Origin: an uncultured Ruficoccus sp.
Lineage (GTDB): Bacteria; Verrucomicrobiota; Verrucomicrobiia; Opitutales; Cerasicoccaceae
DNA: 64,000 nt
NCBI GenBank assembly: GCA_965140785.1
Contig: OZ223518.1
Location: 1 to 64,000, forward strand
Reading direction: 5' to 3'
Shown: positions 47,826-57,576 of the stretch, in pieces
Layout: each line of letters starts with the position of its first letter
Numbering within the stretch: the stretch's first letter is position 1
Program-made: the position numbers and the translations under genes
The notes under the pieces: generated by a model
Databases searched by the model: none
What the model was told of the DNA's origin: nothing
The model's input: only the letters and a program-made list of their open reading frames with translations

Positions 47826-47921
47826 GCGCAACCCTTTCAGGGGTGAAAAATGCTCTCGTCAGCTCCTTTTCCCCGGGTAGCGGGGCAACCGGGGGCTGGT
47901 ATGCGGAAACCCGTCGGGGGT
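47826..47921. repeat. Degenerate REP-like palindromic element (CGCAACCC...GGG / CCCGGGTAGC..GCAACCGGG)
   Basis: Short GC-rich hairpins with direct-repeat ends; single copy in the window. Confidence 0.35.
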
Positions 47922-47968
47922 CAGGGGAGGCCTCGAAATACGGGTGACAAGAACCCGTCAACCACGCC

Positions 47969-48340
47969 TTACGGGATCACCCGGTTGCAGCCGTGGGGGG
48001 CGGGGCGCCCGGCCTCGTCGATAGAGACGAAGACAATGCGGTCGATGGTGATGATCTTGTCTTTGGTTACCTTGTTGCGAACCTCGCAGCAGAGGGTGAT
48101 CGAGGAGGTGCCGAAGGCCACGACGTCCATGCCCAGCTCGATCACGTCGCCGGGCTTGGCGGAGGACTTGAAGTCGATTTCAGAGATGAACTTGGTGACG
48201 ATGTGCGGGTTGTTGTCGAGCTGGCACATCGCGAAGATGGCGGCCTCCTCGTCAATCCACTGGAGCAGTTGCCCTCCGAAGAGGCTACCGTGTGCGTTGA
48301 GGTCGGCGGGCCGGATCCATTTGCGGCTGTAGAATCTCAT
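47969..48340 (-). CDS. Acyl-CoA thioesterase (hotdog fold)
   Basis: DLNAHGSLFGG.LL.WIDE, GTSSI, VFVSIDE.G. Confidence 0.9.
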   Translation of the reverse strand: MRFYSRKWIRPADLNAHGSLFGGQLLQWIDEEAAIFAMCQLDNNPHIVTKFISEIDFKSSAKPGDVIELGMDVVAFGTSSITLCCEVRNKVTKDKIITIDRIVFVSIDEAGRPAPHGCNRVIP

Positions 48341-48422
48341 GATGAAGCAGGTCTAAAAATGAGAGAAAAACGCAGGTGCACCGGGGGAGGTTTGTGGGGG
48401 CTGGTCTCGAAGGAGAGCCCGA

Positions 48423-50000
48423 TCAATGCCCGGCGGCGGCCGGTTTACCGGGGTCAGGGCGCTTGCGCATAAACAGGAGCAGCGGGATGACGCAGGCCAG
48501 GCTGAGGCCGAAAATAGCAAAAATGCGCTCGAAGGCCAGGCTGCTGGCGATGAGATTGTTGACATACTCGATGGTCTTGAGCGCGAAAAGCCGTGCCGTG
48601 TCGAGGGTGATGCCCTGATCGGTGAAGTGCCGCTCAAGGTTGGACATGGTGACGATGGAGGCCGGATCATTGGGGACAACGGCGTTGGCCAGGACGAGCT
48701 CGAAGTTGGCCTTGACCCTGCCCAGGATACTGGCGGCGATGACGATGCCCACCCCGCTGCCGAACTGGCGGGTGAGGTTGAGCAGGCCGCAGGCGTTGGC
48801 CTGTTGCTCGGGGCGCAGGTCGGCCACGGCCAGGGCGTTGAGCGGGACAAAGATGATGCCCAGTCCGATGCCGCGCAGCAGGAAGGGCAGGTACAGGTCG
48901 ATCTTCGGCGTGTCGAAGCTGAAGGTGCTGTACTTGAACATGGCGAAGAAAAAGATCCCCAGCCCGATCAGAATGAGCGCGTAGGGGTTGATGCGGTGGG
49001 CGACCTTGCCCGCGATGTACATGCTCAGGCCCGTTCCTGCCGCCACCGGGAACATGATCAACCCCGTCTCCAGGGCCGAGAAGCCCATCAGGTCGATCAA
49101 CAGCATGGGGGTGACGAAAACGATGGCCAGGGTGCACAGCGCCTGCATGAAGCTGAAAATACAGCAGGCGGTGAACTGGAGGTTCTTTAAAATGCGCAGG
49201 TCCACAATGGGATCGGTGACATTGAGCTCGCGCAGGACAAACATGATGGCGCTGGCCCCGCAGAGAACGGCGAGGTTCATGCCGTTGCCCAGGAAGCCCC
49301 AGTTCATATCCGAGGCCTCGACCAGCAGGTACTGGAGTGAGCCGATGGCAAAAGTCAGCAGGAGCAGCCCCTGTAAGTCGATCTTCTTGACCTTTTCGCG
49401 GTAGGCCGAGTCGGGCACGATCAGGGCGACGAAGACCACGGCGACGAGGCCGAAGGGTACGGTAACATAGAAAATCCACGGCCAGGAAAGGATGCCCGTG
49501 ATGTAGCCGCCGATGGCGGGCCCCATGGCCGGACCGACCATCAGGCCGAGGCCCCACAGGGACATGGCCCGGGCGTGTTCGCGGGGCGGAAATACCTCGT
49601 AGATGATCGCTTGGGCAGTGGCGACAAGCGCGCCGCCGCCCATGCCCTGAAGCACGCGCCAGATGATGATCTCGCTCAGCGAGGTGGACAGCCCGCACAT
49701 GAGGCTGGCAAAGGTGAAAAGCAGCAGCGATCCGTTGAAATAGCGCTTGCGCCCGAAGAGCTGGGCCAGCCAGCCGGTCATGGGAATGATAATGACATTG
49801 GCCAGCAGGTAGCCGTTGGAGACCCAGCTGATCTGCTCCAGCGAGGCGTCGAGACTGCCCATCATATCGGGCAGCGAGACGGTGATGATGCTCGCGTCCA
49901 GCCCCTCCAGGAACGAGGCCAGCGTCACCACCGCGACGATCAGGTAGCGCAGCGGGTGGCCGTCCTCGCCGTAGGTGTTCGGCTGTGGGCTTTTGTCCAT
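48423..50000 (-). CDS. DHA2 family (EmrB/QacA) efflux MFS transporter
   Basis: LD.SI..VSLP, W..NGYLLA, FGRKR, RVLQGMGGG, GPAMGP.IGG, WIFY..VP.G. Confidence 0.92.
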   Translation of the reverse strand: MDKSPQPNTYGEDGHPLRYLIVAVVTLASFLEGLDASIITVSLPDMMGSLDASLEQISWVSNGYLLANVIIIPMTGWLAQLFGRKRYFNGSLLLFTFASLMCGLSTSLSEIIIWRVLQGMGGGALVATAQAIIYEVFPPREHARAMSLWGLGLMVGPAMGPAIGGYITGILSWPWIFYVTVPFGLVAVVFVALIVPDSAYREKVKKIDLQGLLLLTFAIGSLQYLLVEASDMNWGFLGNGMNLAVLCGASAIMFVLRELNVTDPIVDLRILKNLQFTACCIFSFMQALCTLAIVFVTPMLLIDLMGFSALETGLIMFPVAAGTGLSMYIAGKVAHRINPYALILIGLGIFFFAMFKYSTFSFDTPKIDLYLPFLLRGIGLGIIFVPLNALAVADLRPEQQANACGLLNLTRQFGSGVGIVIAASILGRVKANFELVLANAVVPNDPASIVTMSNLERHFTDQGITLDTARLFALKTIEYVNNLIASSLAFERIFAIFGLSLACVIPLLLFMRKRPDPGKPAAAGH

Positions 50001-50021
50001 ATCCCCGGTGTGAGCCTGAAA

Positions 50022-51647
50022 TTAGCGTCCGTCGGTGCCGACGGAGCCGGGGTTGCGCTTCTCGGCGACCTGCTGGAGATCGGAGGCGGTACTGGCAGCA
50101 GTGGAAGCCGGGGCGGTTCCGGATGAAGGCTGGGGCGGCGGGCTGGCGCTCGTCGTGTCGCCGGGGGACTGGTTGTCCGCGCCGGTGCCCGGAGCGTCAG
50201 TAGCGGGTGCCGCTTGGGAGCCGGAGGAAGCGGCGTCCGTCTGGCCGGAGGCCGGGGTGGCGGGGGGTGGCGTGGCAGCCTTGCCGCTCGTATCTGTGGA
50301 GGAGGACTTATCCGGTGCGGAGGCGTCGGAAGGAGAAGTGTTGGTGGACGATTTCACCGGAGTGGCGTCGGCGTCCGAGTCTGCGGTGTCCGTGGCCGGA
50401 GCCGGGGAGGGCGTGGGGGCATCGCTGCCAGTGGCGTCCGTTTTGCTGCTGTCGGGCTTGGATGTATCGGGCGAGGCCTGTGCGGGCTGGTTTTTCTCGC
50501 CGGTTTCAATGGCGGCCTTGGCCTTGCGGTAGGCGACGACCTGCTTGTCCTTCTCGTCGAGCGGATCGGTCATGATGATGACGGTCGCGCTCATGCCGGG
50601 AAGCATACGGGCCTTTTGGCTGGGATCGAGAATGCGGATACGCACCGGGATGAGGGCCTCGGTCTTGATAAAGTTGCCGGAAGCGTTGTTGCGCGGGATG
50701 AGGGCGAACTCGGACCCGGCGGCCGGGCTGATGCTCTCGACCTCTCCGTAGAAAGTTTCGTTCGGGAAGGCGTCGAGCGAGAGGATGACCGGGTAGTCGA
50801 TCTTCACCTGTTCGATTTTGCTCTCCTTGATGTTGGCTGTGACCCAGGTGTCGGTCTTGGAAACAACGGCCATGAGGTACTGGTTGGACTGGACGAGGAC
50901 GCCGGGGCTGATGTTTTTCTGGGCCACGTAGCCCTCAATCGGGCTGCGGATGGAGGTGTTGATCAGGCGTAGTTTCGCCTGCTCGAGTTCGGCCTTGGCC
51001 TGATCAAGATTGTAGTCACCCAGGCGCTGGCTGGCCTGCTCCTCGGCGAGCTGCTTCTGTGCGAAAAGAGACTGCTTCTCCAGGGTGTTGACGTTGGCCA
51101 TCCACGAGTCGATGTCCGAGAGGGCTTTGGTGTACTGGGACTGGACGAAACCGGGCTTGTCCTTCTGCGCCTCCAGGTCCTTGGCCTTTTGCTGGGCCTC
51201 GGCGAGATTGTCCTTGGCCTCGCTCAACTGTGCGTTGATGAGCTGGAGGTTGGCCTGGGCGCTCTGGAGCTGGGCGGCGTTGAGGCCGGGCTGCTTCTCG
51301 GTGCCGAGCTTGGACTGGACGAGGTCGAAGTTGGCCTGCGCGCGCTGGACCTCCCACTGGTAGAAATTGTTGTCAAGCTGGACAAGGGTCTGATCGGCTT
51401 TGACAAGGTCGTTCTCGTGAAGCTCGACGGCGGTCACATAGCCCTGTTCGGGGGCGAAAATTTTCACCACGAGGCTTTTGACCTCGGCGTTGTCGGTGGT
51501 GACGCGGGTGCGCTCCTTTTGCCACTCCACATAGCCGAACCAGGCGAAGCCGGCGGCGCCGATGATGACGAGCGGCCACAGCAGCTTGGCGACCAGCGGA
51601 TGCAGTTTGGGCTTGGATTTAGCCCCAGTTTCGTTTTTCTCCTCCAT
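50022..51647 (-). CDS. EmrA/HlyD family membrane fusion protein with long Ser/Thr/Pro/Ala-rich tail
   Basis: TTDNA.V, ANIKES, PAAGSEFALIP.NNASGNF.K, PGMSA; about 150-aa low-complexity C-terminus. Confidence 0.9.
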   Translation of the reverse strand: MEEKNETGAKSKPKLHPLVAKLLWPLVIIGAAGFAWFGYVEWQKERTRVTTDNAEVKSLVVKIFAPEQGYVTAVELHENDLVKADQTLVQLDNNFYQWEVQRAQANFDLVQSKLGTEKQPGLNAAQLQSAQANLQLINAQLSEAKDNLAEAQQKAKDLEAQKDKPGFVQSQYTKALSDIDSWMANVNTLEKQSLFAQKQLAEEQASQRLGDYNLDQAKAELEQAKLRLINTSIRSPIEGYVAQKNISPGVLVQSNQYLMAVVSKTDTWVTANIKESKIEQVKIDYPVILSLDAFPNETFYGEVESISPAAGSEFALIPRNNASGNFIKTEALIPVRIRILDPSQKARMLPGMSATVIIMTDPLDEKDKQVVAYRKAKAAIETGEKNQPAQASPDTSKPDSSKTDATGSDAPTPSPAPATDTADSDADATPVKSSTNTSPSDASAPDKSSSTDTSGKAATPPPATPASGQTDAASSGSQAAPATDAPGTGADNQSPGDTTSASPPPQPSSGTAPASTAASTASDLQQVAEKRNPGSVGTDGR

Positions 51648-51813
51648 TATTAGTATTACGCATGGCGGCGAGGCCCTGCTGAGGCAACACTTTATGCCCG
51701 CGGAGAGCCTTTCCGCGAAAAAGGTACGTAAGAAAGGTTGACATGCGGGGGTAAAAAGCCTTTTTTCTCCTGCTTTTCCCAAAAGAACCCGCAGAAAACA
51801 GAATACTTTTTAC

Positions 51814-52242
51814 ATGGCACTCCGAATCAGATTGCAGCGTCACGGCGCTTCCCACTCGCCGGTTTATCGCATGGTTGTGACCGAATCCAGCCATCGCCGC
51901 GACGGCCGCCACGCCGAAGTTATCGGCCACTATAACCCGAAGGCCCGCGGCCAGGACACCGAGCTCAATCTCAAGCTCGAGCGCGTGGACTACTGGCTCG
52001 GCGTTGGAGCTCAGCCCTCCGATACCGCCCGCACCCTGATCAACCGCGCCCGCCGCGAAGGTGGCGTGATCGCCGCTTCCGTGCCCGCCCCGCAGCCGGC
52101 CAAGCAAGCCGAAGCCGCCGCTCCCAAGGCCGAGGAAGCCAAGCCCGAAGCTCCCGCCGAAGAGCCCAAGGCCGAAGCTCCCGCCGCTGAAGAAGCTCCC
52201 GCCAAGGAAGCTGCCTCGGAAGAGGAAAAGCCCCAGGCTTAA
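51814..52242 (+). CDS. rpsP: 30S ribosomal protein S16 with Ala/Glu/Pro-rich extension
   Basis: LRIRLQRHG..P.YR.VV..RRDGR..E..G.YNP, WL..GAQPSDT. Confidence 0.97.
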   Translation: MALRIRLQRHGASHSPVYRMVVTESSHRRDGRHAEVIGHYNPKARGQDTELNLKLERVDYWLGVGAQPSDTARTLINRARREGGVIAASVPAPQPAKQAEAAAPKAEEAKPEAPAEEPKAEAPAAEEAPAKEAASEEEKPQA

Positions 52243-52265
52243 GCGACTTTTAGATATTTTGCCCG

Positions 52266-52297
52266 AAACGGCTTCTCGACGGAGAAGCCGTTTTTTG
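52266..52297 (+). terminator. Intrinsic terminator after rpsP
   Basis: AAACGGCTTCTC-GACG-GAGAAGCCGTTT plus T-run. Confidence 0.85.
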
Positions 52298-52316
52298 TTT
52301 TCCTCGTTGGCAACGC

Positions 52317-52919
52317 ATGAAGGCCGTTCTGATTTTTTTGTGTTTGCTTCTGTCCACTCAGATGGCAGGAGCCAATGAGCCGTACGACAATTTCAGGTTA
52401 GCGCTGATTGGCTATTTGCGGGCGTTTGAAACATTATCTGTTTCCGATGACTCAGCGCTCAATGCGCAACTCGTTCGAAAGGCTGGTTTTGACCTACAGC
52501 AGAGTTGGGACAAGGCAAAATCCTATGTGGAAGAAACCGACCCGGAGCTTGGCGAATACCTCAACCCGCGGGTGAGGTTCCTTGTCTTGGCAACTTACAT
52601 GATCCAATACGACCCAGAATTGGACAGAACTCTGCCTTTAGGCTCCAGTTCGTATACGGATGCGTGGAAGCAGGGGTATGCTGATGCGTATAAGCAGACG
52701 CCACAAAGCTATATTTCTGACCTAACTAAGCGTCTTCAGGGGGTACATCCGGACGAGAAATTTCAACTCAAGAACGGTTTGCTGTACTCTAAACACGTTA
52801 TGTTTATGGCGGATGCCATTTCTGTTTCGCTGCTTGAAACGATTCAGGCGACTATGGGGAAGCCTGTTCTTCAACAGCAAATTGACGCAATTCTGGAGCC
52901 GAAGAGCCAGGCTGACTGA
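52317..52919 (+). CDS. Hypothetical secreted protein, less GC-biased, between rpsP and trmD
   Basis: Signal peptide MKAVLIFLCLLLSTQMAGA; no RimM similarity recognisable. Confidence 0.7.
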   Translation: MKAVLIFLCLLLSTQMAGANEPYDNFRLALIGYLRAFETLSVSDDSALNAQLVRKAGFDLQQSWDKAKSYVEETDPELGEYLNPRVRFLVLATYMIQYDPELDRTLPLGSSSYTDAWKQGYADAYKQTPQSYISDLTKRLQGVHPDEKFQLKNGLLYSKHVMFMADAISVSLLETIQATMGKPVLQQQIDAILEPKSQAD

Positions 52920-52929
52920 TTTCTTTATC

Positions 52930-53604
52930 ATGTTGAACACAATCGACCTGTTGACGCTTTTTCCGAAAATGGCGGAGGGCTTCCTGACCGAGAGCATTCT
53001 CGGGCGGGCCGTGGCGCAGGGGCTGATGTCGATCAATGTGCACAACCTGCGCGACTGGTCCACGGACAAGCATCACCGCGTGGACGACCGGCCCTTCGGG
53101 GGCGGGGCGGGGATGGTGCTGATGCCCGAGCCGCTTTTTGCCGCCATTGAGGAGATCAAAACCCCCGAGACAACAACGATTTACCTATGCCCGGACGGTG
53201 AGCCGCTCTCCACCCCGATGGCCCGTGAACTGGCCGAGCTGCCCCACCTGCTGCTGGTCAGCGGGCATTACGAGGGGGTGGACCAACGGGTGCGCGACGC
53301 GCTGGTGGACCGAGAGGTTTCCATCGGCGATTACGTCCTGACCAACGGCACGTTGCCGGCGGCGGTCCTGATTGACTGCGTGGTGCGGCAGATCCCGGGT
53401 GTTTTAGGTGAAGAAAAATCCTTGACGCAGGACAGCTTCAACGACAATTTCCTCACTTTTCCTCAATTCACGCGCCCGGCGGATTACCGCGGAATGAAGG
53501 TTCCGGAGGTCCTGCTCAGCGGAGACCATGCGGCCATCGAGCGTTGGAGAGAGGAAGAAAGAAGAAGGCAGACCCGCCTCCGGCGGCCCGATCTTAACGC
53601 ATAA
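52930..53604 (+). CDS. trmD: tRNA (guanine37-N1)-methyltransferase
   Basis: VDDRPFGGGAGM, GHYEGVDQR, SIGDYVL, PQFTRP, VPEVLLSGDH. Confidence 0.97.
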   Translation: MLNTIDLLTLFPKMAEGFLTESILGRAVAQGLMSINVHNLRDWSTDKHHRVDDRPFGGGAGMVLMPEPLFAAIEEIKTPETTTIYLCPDGEPLSTPMARELAELPHLLLVSGHYEGVDQRVRDALVDREVSIGDYVLTNGTLPAAVLIDCVVRQIPGVLGEEKSLTQDSFNDNFLTFPQFTRPADYRGMKVPEVLLSGDHAAIERWREEERRRQTRLRRPDLNA

Positions 53605-53642
53605 TTTAGTATCCATCCGGATATCCAGAACCACCTTTCGCC

Positions 53643-54014
53643 ATGCAAGCGATTCTCGAAAACATCACTCAAGACCAACTCAAGACCGACCTCGTTAAGT
53701 TCAAGGTCGGCGACGGCGTGCGCGTCCACACCAAGGTGCGCGAAGGCGACAAGGAACGTATCCAGATCTTCGCTGGCATCGTGATTTGCCGCAAGGGCCG
53801 GGGCATTGCCGAGACTTTCACCGTGCGCCGCATCTCCTACGGCGAAGGCGTGGAGCGCGTTTTCCCCGTCAACTCCCCCAACATCGAAAAGATCGAGGTG
53901 GACCGCGAATCCGTGACCATGCGCGCCCGCATGTACTACCTGCGTGGCCGTATCGGCAAGCAGGCTAACAAGGTGAAGGAAAAGCGCCTCGTCGAGGCCG
54001 GCCGCGGCCGCTAA
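53643..54014 (+). CDS. rplS: 50S ribosomal protein L19
   Basis: [31 protein letters not shown]. Confidence 0.98.
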   Translation: MQAILENITQDQLKTDLVKFKVGDGVRVHTKVREGDKERIQIFAGIVICRKGRGIAETFTVRRISYGEGVERVFPVNSPNIEKIEVDRESVTMRARMYYLRGRIGKQANKVKEKRLVEAGRGR

Positions 54015-54046
54015 ACCCCGCGTTCACCCAACCCGTTCTATTTCCC

Positions 54047-54559
54047 ATGGCAACGACAGACATTCTTCTTCTCGAACCCGTCACCGGCCTCGGTGGCGAA
54101 GGCGACCAGGTCACCGTCAAGGCTGGCTACGCCCGTAATTTCCTCCTCCCGCGCAAGGTGGCCCTCCCGGTCAACCGCGCCAACCAGAAGTACATCGACG
54201 CCCTCCAGAAGCGCCGCGCCGAGCGCGAAGCCAAGGAACTGGGTAACGCCCAGGAGCTCGCCGCCAAGATCGAAAAGGTCGGTATCGCCATCGCGGTCAA
54301 GACCGGCGAAGGCGGCAAGATGTTCGGCTCGGTCACTTCGCAGGACCTGATCGACCGCCTCAAGGAAGACGGCATCGAGCTCGAGCGCAAGCAGCTCAAC
54401 CTCTACACCCCGGTCAAGAGCCTGGGCAAGCACACCACCAAGGTGAAGCTGCATCCGGAAATTTCCGTCGAGTTCGAGTGGGAAGTCGTTTCCGAGAACC
54501 CGATCGAAGAGACCGAGGACGCCGAGGTCGCCGCCGAGGAAGCCCCCAAGGCCGAGTAG
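54047..54559 (+). CDS. rplI: 50S ribosomal protein L9
   Basis: LG..GD.V.VKAGYARNFLLP, GKMFGSVT, VKLHPEI. Confidence 0.97.
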   Translation: MATTDILLLEPVTGLGGEGDQVTVKAGYARNFLLPRKVALPVNRANQKYIDALQKRRAEREAKELGNAQELAAKIEKVGIAIAVKTGEGGKMFGSVTSQDLIDRLKEDGIELERKQLNLYTPVKSLGKHTTKVKLHPEISVEFEWEVVSENPIEETEDAEVAAEEAPKAE

Positions 54560-54568
54560 CAACAGGCA

Positions 54569-54630
54569 GGACAGGAGTCCTCCACCTGTGATCTTTCGGA
54601 TCACTGATGGCTTTACTCAGACAAAGCCAT
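54569..54630 (+). ncRNA. Degenerate fluoride(crcB)-riboswitch-like structured motif (tentative)
   Basis: GGACAGGAGTCCTCC-ACCT-GTGATC(TTTCG)GATCAC-TGATGGCTTTAC, with competing hairpin ATGGCTTT/AAAGCCAT. Confidence 0.3.
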
Positions 54631-54655
54631 GGGCCGCAAAGAAATCCTTTTATGC

Positions 54656-54689
54656 AAAACCTCCGTCCGGTACCGGGCGGAGGTTTTTT
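54656..54689 (+). terminator. Intrinsic (possibly bidirectional) terminator
   Basis: AAAACCTCCGTCCGG-TA-CCGGGCGGAGGTTTTTT. Confidence 0.8.
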
Positions 54690-54801
54690 GTGTTCAGCTA
54701 TTCTGCGGGAAGGTCTGACAGAGCCGGAGCATATGTCTCCGGTCTTTCTTTACGTCCTTCCTGTTAAAAGCCGCTTTTTGTCCGGCACGTTGAAGGCAGT
54801 C

Positions 54802-56346
54802 TTAAGCCAAGTCGGCGTCGGCTTCTTCCTCTTCGGCGAGTTCCTTCTCGGTCGGGCGGGCGCCGATCTTATCGAGGCTGATGCCCTTGGTCTCGATCGC
54901 GAATATGGTTGTGATGACCGCGCCTAGTATAGACGCGCCGACCAGGCCGTAGAGGAGTAGCTTATCGCCGATGTCCTGGAGCAGGATGGGGAAGAGAAAC
55001 GCAGTCATGACGGCTCCGATCTTGGCAAAGGAGGCGGCGAAGCCCGCGCCCTTGCCACGGATGTGGGTGGGGAAGACCTCGCCCGCGATGAGGTAGGTCA
55101 TGGCGTTGGGGCCGAGGTTGGTCATGAAGAAAAAGAGCATGAACCCGGCGAAGAGGAGCGGCATGTTATTGCTGCCGTCCGCCTGGAGGGAGAGGGCGGC
55201 CAGCAAGAGCCCGACCGCGCAGCCGATGAAGCCGATGACCTGGAGCTTGATGCGGCCCAGCCTATCGACCAGCAGGATAGCGAAAATAATCCCCACGACG
55301 AAGAGCAGGTCCATCAGGGCTGAGCCCTTGGCGGCAAGCATGTCGTTGTGGATGATGTCGGACAGGCTGGTGTTGACGCGCTGCTGACCGATCAAGGTTG
55401 CCAGGATGGTGGGGGTGAAGATGCCGATCCCGTAGGTGGCCAGGTCCTGAATAAACCAGGGGACCGACGCGAGAATGGTGGCCTTGCGGTGCTGCTTGCT
55501 GAAGAGCGTAGCGTAACCGCAGCGGGGGCGTTGGGCCCCGTCTTTATGGGGGTTGCTCAGCTTGATCTCGCGGGGATACTGGGGGCGGCGGCGCAGCAGC
55601 CGGTGGGTGGCCTTTTCCGCCTCCTGAATGCGGCCGCGGGAAACCAGCCAGTGGCCGCTGTCGGTGACGTAGAAGCGCCCGACGATGACCAGGATAGCCG
55701 GGATGATCGCGCTGGCGTACATCCAGCGCCAGGCGTTTTCGACCGGGTCGCCGGCCAGGATCGCGTAGCCGATGGCGGTGCCGATGAGGGCGCCGACCGC
55801 CTGAAAGGCGAAGGCGCTCAGCACCAGCCGCCCACGGGCGGTGGTCGGAATGCTCTCGGAGATGACCATGTGCGCGGTCGGATAGTCACAGCCCAGCGCG
55901 ACGCCGATGCCGAACAGAAAGACCACGACCCAGGTGAAGCCGGGTGCGAGCGACAGGGCGATGAGGAACACGGTGAAGATCACCATCTCCGCGATGAACA
56001 TGCGCTTGCGCCCGAAGACATCGGCCAATCCGCCCAGGGCCGTCGCGCCCACCAGGATACCGGCGAGGGTGGCGGCGGTGACAAAGCCCTTGGAGGAGGC
56101 TGCGAGGTCGAACTCACGGGAAAGCAGGGGCAGCGCCACCCCGGTCATGAACACGACCATGCCCTCGAAGAACTTTCCGGCGCAAGCCAGCGCCCAGATG
56201 CGCCACTGCATTTGCGTCATCGGGGCAGTGGGAACACGGGTGCCATCCGCCCACATCGGGCATTCGTCGATGTAGTCCTGAACCGAGCGTTCCCGGGCCG
56301 GCTGGCCGGGGTCCGGTTGGAGGCGGGTGACGGGATTTTCAGACAT
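54802..56346 (-). CDS. MFS transporter (sugar/organic-anion porter-like)
   Basis: GGLADVFGRKR, G..LG.DYP, ESIP...RG, VDRLGR, EVFPTHIRG.G.G. Confidence 0.9.
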   Translation of the reverse strand: MSENPVTRLQPDPGQPARERSVQDYIDECPMWADGTRVPTAPMTQMQWRIWALACAGKFFEGMVVFMTGVALPLLSREFDLAASSKGFVTAATLAGILVGATALGGLADVFGRKRMFIAEMVIFTVFLIALSLAPGFTWVVVFLFGIGVALGCDYPTAHMVISESIPTTARGRLVLSAFAFQAVGALIGTAIGYAILAGDPVENAWRWMYASAIIPAILVIVGRFYVTDSGHWLVSRGRIQEAEKATHRLLRRRPQYPREIKLSNPHKDGAQRPRCGYATLFSKQHRKATILASVPWFIQDLATYGIGIFTPTILATLIGQQRVNTSLSDIIHNDMLAAKGSALMDLLFVVGIIFAILLVDRLGRIKLQVIGFIGCAVGLLLAALSLQADGSNNMPLLFAGFMLFFFMTNLGPNAMTYLIAGEVFPTHIRGKGAGFAASFAKIGAVMTAFLFPILLQDIGDKLLLYGLVGASILGAVITTIFAIETKGISLDKIGARPTEKELAEEEEADADLA

Positions 56347-56565
56347 GGCAGCTATATCGATAAGCAGCACTTCCGTCCAACCCGCGCAATCCTTATCCCG
56401 GATCGTTGCCTAATCTTAACATGTCACAGCAGCAGGGCGCTTTCTTTTTGATCAAGGATTTTAGCGGAGAATTGAATTTCAAAAATACGTTAGCTTTTAT
56501 GCATACTGCCAGTTCTCATGGGGTTGCGCTAGGTGTCGGTGGCCGGGTTTGTGCCCTGCGGGCAC

Positions 56566-56599
56566 AAAAAAGCTGCCGGAGGGTGAAATCCGGCAGCTT
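56566..56599 (-). terminator. Intrinsic terminator after clpP
   Basis: AGCTGCCGGA/TCCGGCAGCT stem with A-run on + (U-run on -). Confidence 0.75.
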
Positions 56600-56687
56600 G
56601 GAAAGGGGGCAGGGCGTGGAAGGGATGTCCCTCCCCTTTCCCGGCCTGTCTGAATGCGCAAGCGCTCGTAGGTGGTCTGTGCGCCCT

Positions 56688-57308
56688 CTAGAGGGACTCT
56701 ACGATCTTGTCCACGAGGCCGTATTTGATGGCCTCGGGAGCGGTCAGGTAAAAGTCGCGGTCGGTGTCCCTGGCGATATTTTCCAGCGGCTGACCGGAGG
56801 AGGCGGCGAGGATGTTGTTGAGCTCGACGCGGAGCTTTTCCATTTCCTCGGCCTGGATGTTAATGTCCACGGCGGGGGCGACGATGCGACCCATGATCAG
56901 CGGTTGGTGGATGAGCACGCGGGCATGGGGGAAGATGAAGCGGTTGCCCTTGTCCGCGCCGCACAGGAGGATCGAGCCCATGCTGGCGGCCATACCGGTG
57001 ACGGTGACGCGGATGGGCGAGTTGAGCAGCTTCATCGTGTCATAGACGGCCATGCCGGCAGTGATGGAGCCGCCGGGGGAGTTGATGTAGAAGTCGATGG
57101 GCTCGCCGGGCTTGTCGCAGTCCATGTAGAGGAGCTTTTCCATCACCTCCTGCATGGACTCGTCATTGACCTCGCCCCAGAGGAAAATTTTGCGCTGTTC
57201 GAGGAATTTCTTCTCTACCAGCATGCGGAAGCCGCCCTTGGACTCTTCCTTGCCTTTTTCTTCGCATCCGCCGTCGAAGCGGGCTGTGTCTGTATCGAAT
57301 TTCGTCAT
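56688..57308 (-). CDS. clpP: ATP-dependent Clp protease proteolytic subunit
   Basis: YINSPGG, GMAASMG, LIHQP, DTDRDFY, YGLVD. Confidence 0.96.
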   Translation of the reverse strand: MTKFDTDTARFDGGCEEKGKEESKGGFRMLVEKKFLEQRKIFLWGEVNDESMQEVMEKLLYMDCDKPGEPIDFYINSPGGSITAGMAVYDTMKLLNSPIRVTVTGMAASMGSILLCGADKGNRFIFPHARVLIHQPLIMGRIVAPAVDINIQAEEMEKLRVELNNILAASSGQPLENIARDTDRDFYLTAPEAIKYGLVDKIVESL

Positions 57309-57576
57309 AAGAGTGAGCTTGGAAATTGCGGGAGTAATTCCCGGGGGACTCATTGGGTACCTTGCGGTCATGAAGAGGCCGGTCAGTGTCCGTTATGTCC
57401 TTTGCATGATTAACGTAGGCATGATGCGCGGATTTACCAATCAAAAATGCGAATGTCTGCTCGGGGAGGGCGGGGGGCAAGATAGCGGGCTGGCGATTGG
57501 CCTGGCAGAGGGCCCTAACGCGCAGTGGGTGATTTTCCGGAGTTAATGCGCAGGGCAAATATCCGATGTGGGACGC

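Noticed and set aside
52080..52240. DNA repeats GCCGAAGCTCCCGCC in rpsP
   Set aside because: They simply encode the Ala/Glu/Pro-rich S16 tail.
54604..54645. Hammerhead ribozyme (CTGATG core)
   Set aside because: The core reads CUGAUGG rather than CUGANGA, and no GAAA follows the stem.
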